28,640 nucleotides of DNA from assembly GCA_029549845.1 (NCBI GenBank), contig JAKPIL010000066.1:1-28640 (forward strand). Direction: 5' to 3'. The stretch is from a bacterium. Its GTDB lineage: Bacteria; Patescibacteriota; Saccharimonadia; Saccharimonadales; UBA4665. Numbering within the stretch: the first letter of the stretch is position 1; each line of letters starts with the position of its first letter. Shown one piece after another: positions 15,602 through 25,481 of this stretch. Below the pieces are notes generated by a model that did not search any database, was not told the origin of the DNA, and worked only from the letters and a program-made list of their open reading frames with translations. The translations under genes and the position numbers were made by a program.

Positions 15602-17470
15602 ATGGAGACAAAATCACCCCGCACAAGCGGTAAGCGGCCTGCGGGCAAGCGTACCGGAAAAAATGTTGGCTTTATAGCCATAGTGACACTATTTGCCCTT
15701 GTGGCATTTTCTGCAATGAGCCAACCATCAAGCCTAAAAATTATATCAATTTCTCAGGCTGTACAGGAAGCAAATGCAGGTAAATATGCTGCGATTGAGG
15801 TACAGGGCCAGGAACTGACCATCACCAAAAAAGGCGATAAAAAGCCGACGCTCAAGTCCACGCTCGAGACTGGGTCGACCACGGCAGACGAAGGTATTAA
15901 AAAAGATAAAGTTAAAATCACTGCAAAGCCATCTAGCTCGACCACTTCAAACATCATTGGGTTTGGTCTTACGACCATCGTGCCAGTGCTGCTTATAGGT
16001 GGGCTGCTTTTCTGGATGATGCGTAGCGCCCAGGGGCAGGGAAACCAAGCGCTCAGCTTTGGGAAGTCCCGCGCACGACTGTACGGCAATGAAAAAGACA
16101 AAGTAACATTTAAATCTATTGCCGGCCAGGCCGAGGCCAAACAAGACCTTGAAGAAGTGGTTGAGTTTCTAAAATTCCCAAAGAAGTTTGAGACACTGGG
16201 TGCACGCATACCCAAAGGCGTGCTGCTTGTAGGGCCTCCGGGTACCGGTAAAACCATGCTTGCACGGGCTGTAGCAGGTGAAGCTGGCGTACCATTCTTT
16301 AGTATATCGGGTTCAGAGTTTGTTGAAATGTTCGTGGGTGTCGGCGCCAGTCGTGTGCGTGACCTGTTTGCAAAGGCAAAGAAAAACGCGCCGTGCATTA
16401 TATTTGTCGACGAAATTGACGCCGTTGGCCGCCGCCGCGGAAGTGGTATGGGCGGAGGACATGACGAGCGAGAACAAACACTGAACCAGATTTTGGTTGA
16501 GATGGATGGGTTCGAACAGGGGCAGAATGTCATAGTCCTTGCTGCGACCAACCGCGCCGATGTGCTCGACCCTGCGCTTCTGCGACCGGGGCGTTTTGAC
16601 CGTCGGGTTGGGATTGGCCTACCAGACCGCCCGGACCGCCAAGCAATCTTGAAGATACACTTCGAGAAAAAACCGCTTGCGAAAGACGTAGACCTTGATT
16701 CGCTCGCCGCAAAAACGGCTGGTTCGTCTGGCGCGGACCTTGCGAACATCGCAAACGAAGCAGCTATCATCGCCGCGCGTAATAACCACAGCCAGATTAC
16801 GCAGGAAGATGTAACTGAGGCATTCGAGCGCGTGGCCATAGGGCCGGAACGCAAGAGCAAGGTTATGAATGAGCATGAAAAGGAACTCACGGCGTACCAC
16901 GAGGCAGGGCATGCTATTGTGGGCCACGTATTGCCAGATAGCGATGTCGTACACAAGGTCACCATCATCCCACGCGGTGGCACTGGTGGTGTGACCTGGT
17001 TTATCCCGCCAGAAGATAAAAGCTACCACAGTATATTGGAGTACAAGGACGTGCTTGCGCGCATGCTCGGTGGGCGCATAGCAGAGGAAGTCATGTACGG
17101 CCAAGACCGCGTGACGACTGGCGCGGGCAATGACCTCCAAAAAGCCGCTGAACTCGCGCGTGACATGATAACCCAGCAGGGTATGGGCAAGAAGCTACGT
17201 GACCAAGTGTTCCACTCCGAAGAAGGCATCATGATGGAGCGCATCATGCACGAACGTGAATATTCAGACGAAACGGCGAAGGTCATCGACGATGAAGTTG
17301 AAGCACTTATAACCGAAGCAGCCAACCGGGCGCGCATGGTTATAAAGGCAAACCTAGAGCAGCTCAAACGGCTCAAAGATGCACTGCTGGACAAAGAAAC
17401 CGTAGAGGCTGAGGAAGTTGCGCGCCTGTTCGAAGGCTCGCATCTCCCCAAAGAAGCCGCTCTGTACTAA
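15602..17470 (+). CDS. ftsH: ATP-dependent zinc metalloprotease FtsH
   Basis: Two TM helices, [17 protein letters not shown], second region of homology [15 protein letters not shown]. Confidence 0.98.
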   Translation: METKSPRTSGKRPAGKRTGKNVGFIAIVTLFALVAFSAMSQPSSLKIISISQAVQEANAGKYAAIEVQGQELTITKKGDKKPTLKSTLETGSTTADEGIKKDKVKITAKPSSSTTSNIIGFGLTTIVPVLLIGGLLFWMMRSAQGQGNQALSFGKSRARLYGNEKDKVTFKSIAGQAEAKQDLEEVVEFLKFPKKFETLGARIPKGVLLVGPPGTGKTMLARAVAGEAGVPFFSISGSEFVEMFVGVGASRVRDLFAKAKKNAPCIIFVDEIDAVGRRRGSGMGGGHDEREQTLNQILVEMDGFEQGQNVIVLAATNRADVLDPALLRPGRFDRRVGIGLPDRPDRQAILKIHFEKKPLAKDVDLDSLAAKTAGSSGADLANIANEAAIIAARNNHSQITQEDVTEAFERVAIGPERKSKVMNEHEKELTAYHEAGHAIVGHVLPDSDVVHKVTIIPRGGTGGVTWFIPPEDKSYHSILEYKDVLARMLGGRIAEEVMYGQDRVTTGAGNDLQKAAELARDMITQQGMGKKLRDQVFHSEEGIMMERIMHEREYSDETAKVIDDEVEALITEAANRARMVIKANLEQLKRLKDALLDKETVEAEEVARLFEGSHLPKEAALY

Positions 17471-17605
17471 GCAGTCTCCTGAGGACAAGACAAATTCTGG
17501 TTACATGCGGTTCGTAATCTCTCGAGGATGCCGCTCGGCGCTGTATTTCTAGGGGCAAAAGTGAGACAATGAGGGTTGAAGCCGCTTATGGTGGGGTGAT
17601 TTTGT

Positions 17606-20224
17606 ATGGCAGGAAAGATATTCAGAAAAACTCAGGAGGAGACGCACGACGATAGCGGCGTTGTGCTGCTACTTCAGGTGCCGCGCACCAATGACAAAAA
17701 GGAGTTGGCGGCAGAGCAAATGTTTGCGAGCCTACATGGTCTACTGACCATACCAACACCAGGTGTGCTGAAGGCGGCCAAAAGAGAACGCCTGAGCTTT
17801 GAGATTGCGGTGAGGGGTAAGCGCATAGGGTTTTATGTGTGGGTGCCGCGCTATCTTGTGAGCTATGTTGAGGAACAAATTTATGCCCAGTACCCGACTG
17901 TACACATCACCGAGGTGGAAGATTACGCCGCGCATCGCCCAGACGATGAAACGTACCAAACCCAGCTCGTCACAGAACTGAAGTTTATAGGCAATAACGC
18001 GCTGCCCATCAAAACATTCCAAAGCTTTGAGGTTGACCCACTGGCGGCCATAACCGCAACACTGGCAAAGTTTGGCGACGATGAAGAAGCCTGGTTGCAG
18101 CTCCTCATTCGCCCGGCGAGTCGAAACTGGCACCGTGCCAGCGAACGCTATGTTGCGAAGATGAAGGGACAGACGAGCATGACGACCACCGGCCTGCTCA
18201 GCGTGCTGTGGGCGCCACCCGAAACCAAAGCCGAGACCACGAAGCTTACCGACGACCAGCAGACTCGCGTGGGTGCGGCGGAGCAAAAGGTGCAAAAACT
18301 TGCCTTTGAAACGCAAGTGCGCGTGGTTTACCGCGGCAATACACTGAAACAGCAGGCGCAGCTGCAGATGCAGTCTATCATTGCAAGTTACAAGCAGTTC
18401 AATAGTACGTATCTGAACGGTTTTGAGGCCAAGCGTGTGGCGGATGACCCTTCCTTGACTACGCATTTTCGTAACCGAACCTTTAATAGGCTTGGCTTCA
18501 TGTGCAACATAGAAGAGGTCGCTACGCTGTACCATTTGCCGCACACCACCGTAGAAACGCCGTATATCATGTGGGCAACGAGCCAAACGGCCGAACCGCC
18601 TGCTAACCTGCCGGTCGTAACTGAGGCGACGCATGATACTCTGAGCCCTGTTGCTGCAACAAACTTTCGCGGTCACAACACCATGTTTGGCATGCCGCGC
18701 TCTGACCGCGGCCGGCACCTGTATATCATTGGTCAGACGGGCACCGGTAAGTCTGGCTTGCTCGAGCTCCTGACTATATCGGATATATACAGTCCGTACG
18801 GTTTTGCGGTCATAGACCCACACGGAGATTATGCGCAGAATATTCTGAAGCGTATTCCGCCAGAGCGTGCGGCCGATGTCGTGTATTTCAACCCAGCAGA
18901 CACAGACTTCCCGATGGGGTTCAACCCGCTCGAAATTTACGACCCAAAGCTCAAAACGCACACCTCGTCTGAAATCATAGGGGTTATAAAGCGGATGTTT
19001 GACTATAGCTGGGGGCCACGGCTGGAGTATATTTTGCGCTACTGTTTGCTCGCATTGCTTGAATATCCACAGGCAACTATGCTCGACATTACCCGCATGC
19101 TCACCGAGAAAAAGTTCCGTGCCGATGTGCTCCAGTATGTCCACGACCCGGTGGTACGCAATTTCTGGACGATTGAGTTTGCAAGCTGGAATGAAAAGTT
19201 CATGACAGAAGCGGTCGCTCCTATTCTGAACAAAGTAGGTGCGTTCACCGCAAATCCACTGGTTCGCAATATAATCGGCCAGCCCAAGAGCAGCTTCAAT
19301 ATTCGCCAAATTATGGACGAGCGCAAGATTCTCATCGTCAACCTTAGCCGAGGGTTAGTGGGTGAGGACAATGCAGCCTTGCTGGGGGCGCTCCTCGTCA
19401 CCAAAATTCAGATGGCCGCAATGTCACGAGCTGACATTGCCGGTGAAGACCGTATGCCGTTTTACCTCTACGTCGATGAGTTTCAGAACTTCGCCACAGA
19501 TTCGTTTGCCACCATACTTAGCGAGGCGCGCAAGTATGGCTTGAACTTGACAGTGGCGAACCAGTACATTGCCCAGATGCTGCCAGAAGTCAAAGACGCA
19601 GTGTTCGGTAACGTTGGTTCTGTGGTGACGTTCCGTACCAGCGCAGACGACGCGCACGCCATGCTGAAGTATTTTGAACCAAAGTTTACCGACCACGACC
19701 TCGTGCACATGCACAACCGCCACTTTGCTATCAGCATGACCATAGAGGGCGAGAAGGTGCAGGCATTTTCGGCTATTAGTCTCAATTTGCCCACGTTTCA
19801 GTTTGACTATTCAGAGCAGATTATTCAGCACAGTCGAACAACATATTCGCAGACGCGTGAGCAGGTGGAGCGGTACGTACTCGAGCGGTATAATCTGGCT
19901 GGTTCTGTGCAGGCTGCGCCGCCCTCTACGGCTACAGAGAAAAAGCCACCAGTAGCAGCTCGGCCCAAGCCCGCACCTGCGGCGTACATAGGCGCACAGG
20001 TGGTAACAGCACCAGCTTCGGCTCCCCCGGAGGCGGTAACGGAACAGTCTCCAGAAGAAGCAACCGCAAAACCAAAGCGCAAGCGCACTCGCAAACGTAA
20101 AAAACCAGCCGGTGCGGGCGCATCTGAAGTGCCCGAACTACCCACTCTAGAAGCGCCGAAAACCACCGCTAAAACACCCTCGTCCGGTATCTTGCACGGC
20201 GAAGAAGTAATCCACCTAAAGTAG
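17606..20224 (+). CDS. VirD4/TraD (type IV coupling protein)-like P-loop ATPase
   Basis: HLYIIGQTGTGKS (Walker A), VIDPHGD, LYVDEFQNF (Walker B), SEARKYGL, ANQY. Long N-terminal domain and a Pro/Ala/Lys-rich tail. Confidence 0.85.
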   Translation: MAGKIFRKTQEETHDDSGVVLLLQVPRTNDKKELAAEQMFASLHGLLTIPTPGVLKAAKRERLSFEIAVRGKRIGFYVWVPRYLVSYVEEQIYAQYPTVHITEVEDYAAHRPDDETYQTQLVTELKFIGNNALPIKTFQSFEVDPLAAITATLAKFGDDEEAWLQLLIRPASRNWHRASERYVAKMKGQTSMTTTGLLSVLWAPPETKAETTKLTDDQQTRVGAAEQKVQKLAFETQVRVVYRGNTLKQQAQLQMQSIIASYKQFNSTYLNGFEAKRVADDPSLTTHFRNRTFNRLGFMCNIEEVATLYHLPHTTVETPYIMWATSQTAEPPANLPVVTEATHDTLSPVAATNFRGHNTMFGMPRSDRGRHLYIIGQTGTGKSGLLELLTISDIYSPYGFAVIDPHGDYAQNILKRIPPERAADVVYFNPADTDFPMGFNPLEIYDPKLKTHTSSEIIGVIKRMFDYSWGPRLEYILRYCLLALLEYPQATMLDITRMLTEKKFRADVLQYVHDPVVRNFWTIEFASWNEKFMTEAVAPILNKVGAFTANPLVRNIIGQPKSSFNIRQIMDERKILIVNLSRGLVGEDNAALLGALLVTKIQMAAMSRADIAGEDRMPFYLYVDEFQNFATDSFATILSEARKYGLNLTVANQYIAQMLPEVKDAVFGNVGSVVTFRTSADDAHAMLKYFEPKFTDHDLVHMHNRHFAISMTIEGEKVQAFSAISLNLPTFQFDYSEQIIQHSRTTYSQTREQVERYVLERYNLAGSVQAAPPSTATEKKPPVAARPKPAPAAYIGAQVVTAPASAPPEAVTEQSPEEATAKPKRKRTRKRKKPAGAGASEVPELPTLEAPKTTAKTPSSGILHGEEVIHLK

Positions 20225-20265
20225 GTAGCTCTGGGGCTGTGGCTAGGCTATACTGTGAACAGTCT

Positions 20266-21867
20266 ATGCAAAAATTTACCCTGCGTGGTCGCAAACGAAT
20301 TAGCTTCGGTAATGCCGCTTTATTGCTTGTGGGCACGGCCATGGTGGCACAGCTGCTTGGGTTTTTTCGCACGAAGCTCGTCAATGCAAACTTTGGCGGC
20401 GCGCCACAGCACTCGCCCGAGAACTTTGGGGTGTATTTTGCAGCCTTTGCGCTGCCAGACTTCTTTTTCTTCACCATAGCTGCAGGTGCTTTGGGCGTTG
20501 CCTTTATGCCGTACTTGACGGATCGGTTGACCAAGGGCGACCGGAAAGGGGTTTGGGAGCTTTCGTCCAGTCTCATTAATTTTTTGAGTATTTTTCTGTT
20601 TGCCGTTGGGATATTTATGTTTGTGTTCGCGGATGTGCTAGCCAGAAAGATAGCTCATGGTTTTACGCCCGAGCAGCTTCACAATGTCGCCGCCATGATC
20701 CGCATTCTTTCGCTCAATCCCATGCTATTCACCATTTCGGGCATTATTGCCGCAGTGCAGCAGGTTTTTGGACGGTTTTTCTTTTATGCCATTGCGCCGT
20801 TGTTTTATAACCTTTCTATCATTGCGAGCATCTACATATTCAAGCACAATCTTGGCATTGTTGGGCTGGCTTATGGTGCGGCCTTTGGGGCGCTCCTTCA
20901 GCTGGTTGTTATCGCGGTGGGCTCGTACGGTCTTGGCTTCCACTGGCGACCTAAGATACATTTCACTAACGATTTTCGGACAATGCTGCGCCAGCTGCCG
21001 CCCCGGTCGCTCGACCAGGGGCTTGACCAAGTGCAGAACATCGTAGAGACAAACCTCGCCTCAAGCGCCCGGCTAGGTGGCGCGGCTGCGGTAGGAAACT
21101 ACAACAGTGCTTATGTGCTCCACATGGCGCCAATTCTGCTCATTGGTACAGCGATTTCCACGGCTGTTTTTCCTCGGTTGAACGCGCGGCTCAGCCAAGG
21201 GCGGCCAGATTTATTTCGCCAAGACTTTCTGCGTACACTTCGGCTTATCATATGGATTACCATGCCGGTTGTGGTGGTCAGTTTTTTTGCCCGCGGCTAT
21301 CTAGCGCGCTTGATCTTTAGTCGTAATTCGCAAGAAATAGGTATAATCTTTGGCGCGCTTTGCGTTGCCATACTGTTTAGAACTATCTTCGCGCTGGTTT
21401 CGCGCTGGTTTTATGCGCAGAAGGACACCAGGACGCCATTATTTGTATCCATTTTCGTGATTGCGCTGAACGTATTCCTCGCATATTCACTCTCACGCCC
21501 AGACAGTTACGGCGTAGCGGGGCTGGCGATTGCGCAGTCAGTAGTTGCCACGGTAGAGGTGCTCATGCTTGGTTCTATCATGCTCATGCGCGACCATAAG
21601 CTTTTTGATGGTGAATTTTGGGGCGGGATTATGCGGATAGTGTCTGTGACTGGGTTTAGCCTGGTTGCAGGGTTTATTGCGGTGCAGTTTTGGCCGCTCA
21701 TGACGGCAGATATGGGGACCACACTCGTACTTAAGCTGTCAGCCATTGCTGGCGTGACGATTGTGACGCACGTGGTTGTTTCTGGACTGTTTGGGCTCAG
21801 CGAAGCACAGCAACTGTTTGGATGGATCAAACGAATTATCCTCAAGCCGGTTAAAATAGAATATTAA
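20266..21867 (+). CDS. murJ: lipid II flippase MurJ/MviN
   Basis: LLGFFR..L...FG, YFAAFALPD and TAVFPRL motifs, RWFYAQKDTRTP, about 14 TM helices. Confidence 0.9.
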   Translation: MQKFTLRGRKRISFGNAALLLVGTAMVAQLLGFFRTKLVNANFGGAPQHSPENFGVYFAAFALPDFFFFTIAAGALGVAFMPYLTDRLTKGDRKGVWELSSSLINFLSIFLFAVGIFMFVFADVLARKIAHGFTPEQLHNVAAMIRILSLNPMLFTISGIIAAVQQVFGRFFFYAIAPLFYNLSIIASIYIFKHNLGIVGLAYGAAFGALLQLVVIAVGSYGLGFHWRPKIHFTNDFRTMLRQLPPRSLDQGLDQVQNIVETNLASSARLGGAAAVGNYNSAYVLHMAPILLIGTAISTAVFPRLNARLSQGRPDLFRQDFLRTLRLIIWITMPVVVVSFFARGYLARLIFSRNSQEIGIIFGALCVAILFRTIFALVSRWFYAQKDTRTPLFVSIFVIALNVFLAYSLSRPDSYGVAGLAIAQSVVATVEVLMLGSIMLMRDHKLFDGEFWGGIMRIVSVTGFSLVAGFIAVQFWPLMTADMGTTLVLKLSAIAGVTIVTHVVVSGLFGLSEAQQLFGWIKRIILKPVKIEY

Positions 21868-21912
21868 AACATAGTCACCTCTGTTATACTTGTAAGAGCT
21901 AAGGGGCTTTCG

Positions 21913-23715
21913 GTGAACCAAGACCATATTCGGAACTTTTGTATTATCGCGCATATAGACCACGGTAAGTCGACGCTGGCTGACCGTTTGCTCGAGTTGA
22001 CTGGCACCGTGGAGAAGCGCAACATGAAAGCCCAGCTGCTTGACCGCATGGACTTGGAGCGCGAAAAGGGCATTACCATCAAACTCGCGCCTGTCCGCAT
22101 GGAGTACAATGGCTACGAGCTGAACCTCATCGATACTCCCGGCCATGTTGACTTCTCGTATGAGGTGAGCCGCAGCCTGCAGGCCTGTGAGGGTGCGCTG
22201 CTTGTTGTCGATGCGAGCCAGGGCATCCAGGCGCAAACGCTCGCAAATGTGTACCTCGCTATTGCCGCCGATCTCACCATTATTCCGGTCTTGAACAAAA
22301 TAGACCTCCCCGCCGCAGACGTTCCCAAAGTGAGCCGCGAAATCATCAGCCTGCTCGGTTGCAAGCAAGAAGACATTCTGCAAATATCCGCAAAAACCGG
22401 CCAGGGTGTCGACACAGTGCTTGAGCGCGTTGTGGCCGATGTTCCTGCGCCGGAAGGCGAGCGCATGGTTACGCCAAAGGACAGCTCTCGTACCGCCACG
22501 CGGGCACTCATTTTCGACAGCTACTACGATGATTACCGAGGAGTTATTTTGTATGTGCGCATTTTTGACGGGCATATTCTGAAAAATTCGCCCATAAAAA
22601 TGCTTGCAACGGGCGCGCAGGGAATCGCCCTGGAGGTGGGAGCACTCAAGCCAGACATGACGTCTGGGCACGCACTAAAAACCGGTGAGATTGGCTATAT
22701 TGTCACGAACCTCAAAAGCACGCGCGAGGCTCGTGTGGGCGACACGGTGACGCTTGCCGCCCAGCCCGCCGAGGAAGCACTCCCTGGCTACCGCGATGTG
22801 CAGCCTTTTGTGTACGCAGGGTTTTTCCCAGAGAGCAACGAGTATTATTTAGAGTTGAAAGAGGCTATTGAAAAACTAAGTTTGAGTGACAGCGCACTCC
22901 AGTTTGCGCCCGAAAACTCGCCGGTCCTGGGCTTTGGCGTACGAATTGGCTTTTTGGGGTTGCTGCACATGGATATCATCCGTGAGCGGTTGGAGCGCGA
23001 GTACAACCTAGAACTTGTCGTCACAAACCCATCGACAGATTATCAAATACAGCTCATAAACGGCGACGAAATAGATATCAAATCGGCTGCCGATTTGCCC
23101 GAAGTAACCAAGATTGCCGAGATCCGCGAGCCCTGGATAAAAGGCGAAATAGTCGTACCGCAAACGTACGTTGGTCCGGTTATACAGCTCATATCCTCCA
23201 AACGAGGCCTGCAAACCAACCTTAGCTACATAGACGAACGCGCCATGGTGAGCTTCGAGGCGCCACTGGCAAACCTGCTCACCGACTTTTACGACCAGCT
23301 TAAAAGCGTCACGAGTGGCTACGGCAGCTTCAACTACGAGCTCGATAGTTACCGCGCAGAGGACCTCGTAAAAGTCGATTTTTACGTTGCGGGCGAGATG
23401 GTCGGCGCACTCAGCGTCATGGTGCACCGCAGCGAATCACAACGGCTTGGCCGCGAAACTGTCGAGAAACTGAAAGAAGTCATCCCGCGCCAGAATTTCC
23501 AGGTAGCTATTCAGGCGGGCATAAACGGTCGTTTCATTGCCCGTGAAGACCTAAGTGCTTACCGAAAAGACGTTACGACCGGTCTGTACGGCGGCGATGT
23601 TTCGCGCAAGAAAAAGGTACTCGCCAAACAGGCAAAAGGTAAAAAGCGCATGAAGCGCTTCGGCAAAGTTGACATCCCCGCCGAAGCTTTCACCGTCATG
23701 CTCAAACGCGACTGA
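21913..23715 (+). CDS. lepA: elongation factor 4
   Basis: IRNFCIIAHIDHGKSTLADR, LIDTPGHVDF, LNKIDLP, GFLGLLHM and YGGDVSRKKK motifs. GTG start with AAGGGG SD. Confidence 0.99.
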   Translation: MNQDHIRNFCIIAHIDHGKSTLADRLLELTGTVEKRNMKAQLLDRMDLEREKGITIKLAPVRMEYNGYELNLIDTPGHVDFSYEVSRSLQACEGALLVVDASQGIQAQTLANVYLAIAADLTIIPVLNKIDLPAADVPKVSREIISLLGCKQEDILQISAKTGQGVDTVLERVVADVPAPEGERMVTPKDSSRTATRALIFDSYYDDYRGVILYVRIFDGHILKNSPIKMLATGAQGIALEVGALKPDMTSGHALKTGEIGYIVTNLKSTREARVGDTVTLAAQPAEEALPGYRDVQPFVYAGFFPESNEYYLELKEAIEKLSLSDSALQFAPENSPVLGFGVRIGFLGLLHMDIIRERLEREYNLELVVTNPSTDYQIQLINGDEIDIKSAADLPEVTKIAEIREPWIKGEIVVPQTYVGPVIQLISSKRGLQTNLSYIDERAMVSFEAPLANLLTDFYDQLKSVTSGYGSFNYELDSYRAEDLVKVDFYVAGEMVGALSVMVHRSESQRLGRETVEKLKEVIPRQNFQVAIQAGINGRFIAREDLSAYRKDVTTGLYGGDVSRKKKVLAKQAKGKKRMKRFGKVDIPAEAFTVMLKRD

Positions 23716-23787
23716 GCCCTATGGGCACCGTTCTACATTTTGTCCGAGGTGAAAACGGTATCTGTTAAATATGCATCCCAGGTTAAA

Positions 23788-24249
23788 TTAGGCATTTTGA
23801 AGTGCTTTTAGGTCGGCGATGATTTCGGTTGCGTGGGTGGCAGGGTCAACACCCAAGTATTCTTTTGCGATGGCGCCAGAAGGGTCTATAAGGAATGTAT
23901 TGCGTTTGGTGCCCAGCAGGGTTTTGCCCCAAAAGAACTTTGGGTCCCACGAGTCGTAGGCTGCGGCAACGGCGTGGTCCGGGTCGCTTAGGAGCGTGAA
24001 ATTGAGTCCGTGTTTTTCGGCGAACTTCTGGTGGCTTTCTGGTGAATCTTTACTAATGCCGAGCACCACGGCGTTGCCCAGCTCGGCGATGGCCTCACGC
24101 GCATCACGGAAGCTACACGCTTCTTTCGTGCAGCCCGGCGTTTCATCCTTGGGGTAAAAGTACAGCACCACCCACTGCCCAAAGTAGTCACGAAGAGAAT
24201 GAGCTTCGCCAGCTTGATCTAGAAGGGTAAAGTCTGGTGCTTGCTTCAT
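23788..24249 (-). CDS. bcp: thioredoxin-dependent thiol peroxidase (BCP/PrxQ)
   Basis: APDFTL, VLYFYPKDETPGCTKEACSFRD and RNTFLID motifs. Confidence 0.95.
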   Translation of the reverse strand: MKQAPDFTLLDQAGEAHSLRDYFGQWVVLYFYPKDETPGCTKEACSFRDAREAIAELGNAVVLGISKDSPESHQKFAEKHGLNFTLLSDPDHAVAAAYDSWDPKFFWGKTLLGTKRNTFLIDPSGAIAKEYLGVDPATHATEIIADLKALQNA

Positions 24250-24284
24250 CACATATACCATATCACACTCATACTCCGTATCGC

Positions 24285-24326
24285 CTCGCGACATTTTTGT
24301 TACGGCCGTAACAATATTGTCGCGGG
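24285..24326. repeat. 42-bp near-perfect palindrome between divergent bcp and gmk
   Basis: Centred at 24305/24306: CTCGCGACATTTTTGTTACGG|CCGTAACAATATTGTCGCGGG, with two T-T mismatches and one G-T. Confidence 0.8.
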
Positions 24327-24389
24327 TGTTTGACTGTGGAGAGTCTGGTGGCGGTTGGTTTTACCGTCCATACCTGCTATAACTACTGC

Positions 24390-25106
24390 ATGCAAGACGA
24401 CATAAAACAACTACTTCAAAACTATCATCCCAGCCAGAAAACCGTAGAAACACTGCGTTCGCAAAAGCTAATCATATTTGCAGGAACAGCCGGTGCGGGC
24501 AAAAATGCCATTATGAATGGCTTGCTCAAAACGGGCGCATACCATGACATTGTGACCAGTACGACCCGTGAACCGCGTGAAAATAACGGCGTCATGGAGC
24601 GTGACGGCATAGACTATCATTTTTTATCCACGGATGATGCTATTGCAAAGCTAAAAGCCGGCGAATACATCGAAGCGGCGCTTGTGCACGAATGTGTATA
24701 CGGTGTTCTTGCGAGCGAGATTGAGCGAGCCGCAGCAGCGGGCAAGACGCCCATAGTTGATGTAGATGTGCAGGGTGTTCATACATTTAAAGCGCTTTCA
24801 GATAATGTTACGGCAGTCTTTGTTGTGCCGCCCAGCTACGAGGTGTGGATGCAGCGAATCAAGCATCGTTATGAGAGTGAGGCAGAATTCAACGAGGCCT
24901 GGCCGGCACGGCGCCTAAGCGCCATAAAAGAGCTAGAAGATGCTCTGGCGCGCCCGTACTACCACTTCCTTATCAACGAGGATCTCGACCAGGCGGTGCA
25001 TTCGGCACAGGGAATTGCCGAGCATGATGATAGCTTTAGCCAAATAGATAAAAGCTACCGTGTGTGGGTGGAGCGCATCCTCCACGACCTCAAAAGCCAT
25101 AGCTAG
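24390..25106 (+). CDS. gmk: guanylate kinase
   Basis: GTAGAGK P-loop, TSTTREPR....E.DGIDYHF, VYG, IVDVDVQG and VFVVPPS motifs. Confidence 0.88.
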   Translation: MQDDIKQLLQNYHPSQKTVETLRSQKLIIFAGTAGAGKNAIMNGLLKTGAYHDIVTSTTREPRENNGVMERDGIDYHFLSTDDAIAKLKAGEYIEAALVHECVYGVLASEIERAAAAGKTPIVDVDVQGVHTFKALSDNVTAVFVVPPSYEVWMQRIKHRYESEAEFNEAWPARRLSAIKELEDALARPYYHFLINEDLDQAVHSAQGIAEHDDSFSQIDKSYRVWVERILHDLKSHS

Positions 25107-25107
25107 G

Positions 25108-25302
25108 GCTTAGTTAGTGCGGCATTAAGTAAAAGGTCTTTCTAGGTTCGTCGTGCCCGGCCCAAAAACTGTGGGTAAACTCCGGCATAAATCCGCGGTC
25201 TATGTACCTGTACCGCGTTTCAATGCGTAGTTGGGAATCTATGCGCTGGTGTCGCAGTTCATATACTTATTACGACTTCTAGTCTACGCTGCACCCATGA
25301 GC
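25108..25302 (+). ncRNA. candidate structured non-coding RNA of unknown class (~195 nt)
   Basis: The 5' and 3' ends pair through nested stems enclosing several hairpins; see findings. Folded by eye only. Confidence 0.35.
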
Positions 25303-25401
25303 ACAAATCACAGAAAGTATCTTAGATGTGAAAAGAACAACATAAATATTATCTAATCTGTCGCAAGAAAGTCATCATTTGTAAGATGTAAATAAGACCA
25401 C

Positions 25402-25430
25402 TTGACACGTTAATTGTGCTTATGGTACTG
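25402..25430 (+). promoter_or_regulatory. promoter of the surface phosphoesterase gene
   Basis: TTGACA, 17 nt, TACTGT, with TG extension. Confidence 0.5.
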
Positions 25431-25481
25431 TGCAAGTGATACGCTAAACCAAATACAATGAAAACAAAACAAGGAGGCATG

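Noticed and set aside
22440-22510. Short extra segment in LepA (ERMVTPKDSSRTAT)
   Set aside because: It falls in a variable loop at the end of the G domain and shows no repeat or intein/intron signature.
15754-22671. Long antisense ORFs 15754-16983, 17741-19309, 19825-20166 and 21739-22671
   Set aside because: They are opposite-strand shadows of ftsH, the VirD4-like gene and lepA, with no motifs or expression signals.
23716-23787. Terminator between convergent lepA and bcp
   Set aside because: Only weak hairpins (GCCC-tat-GGGC; ACCGTT...AACGGT with a long loop) and no U-tract.
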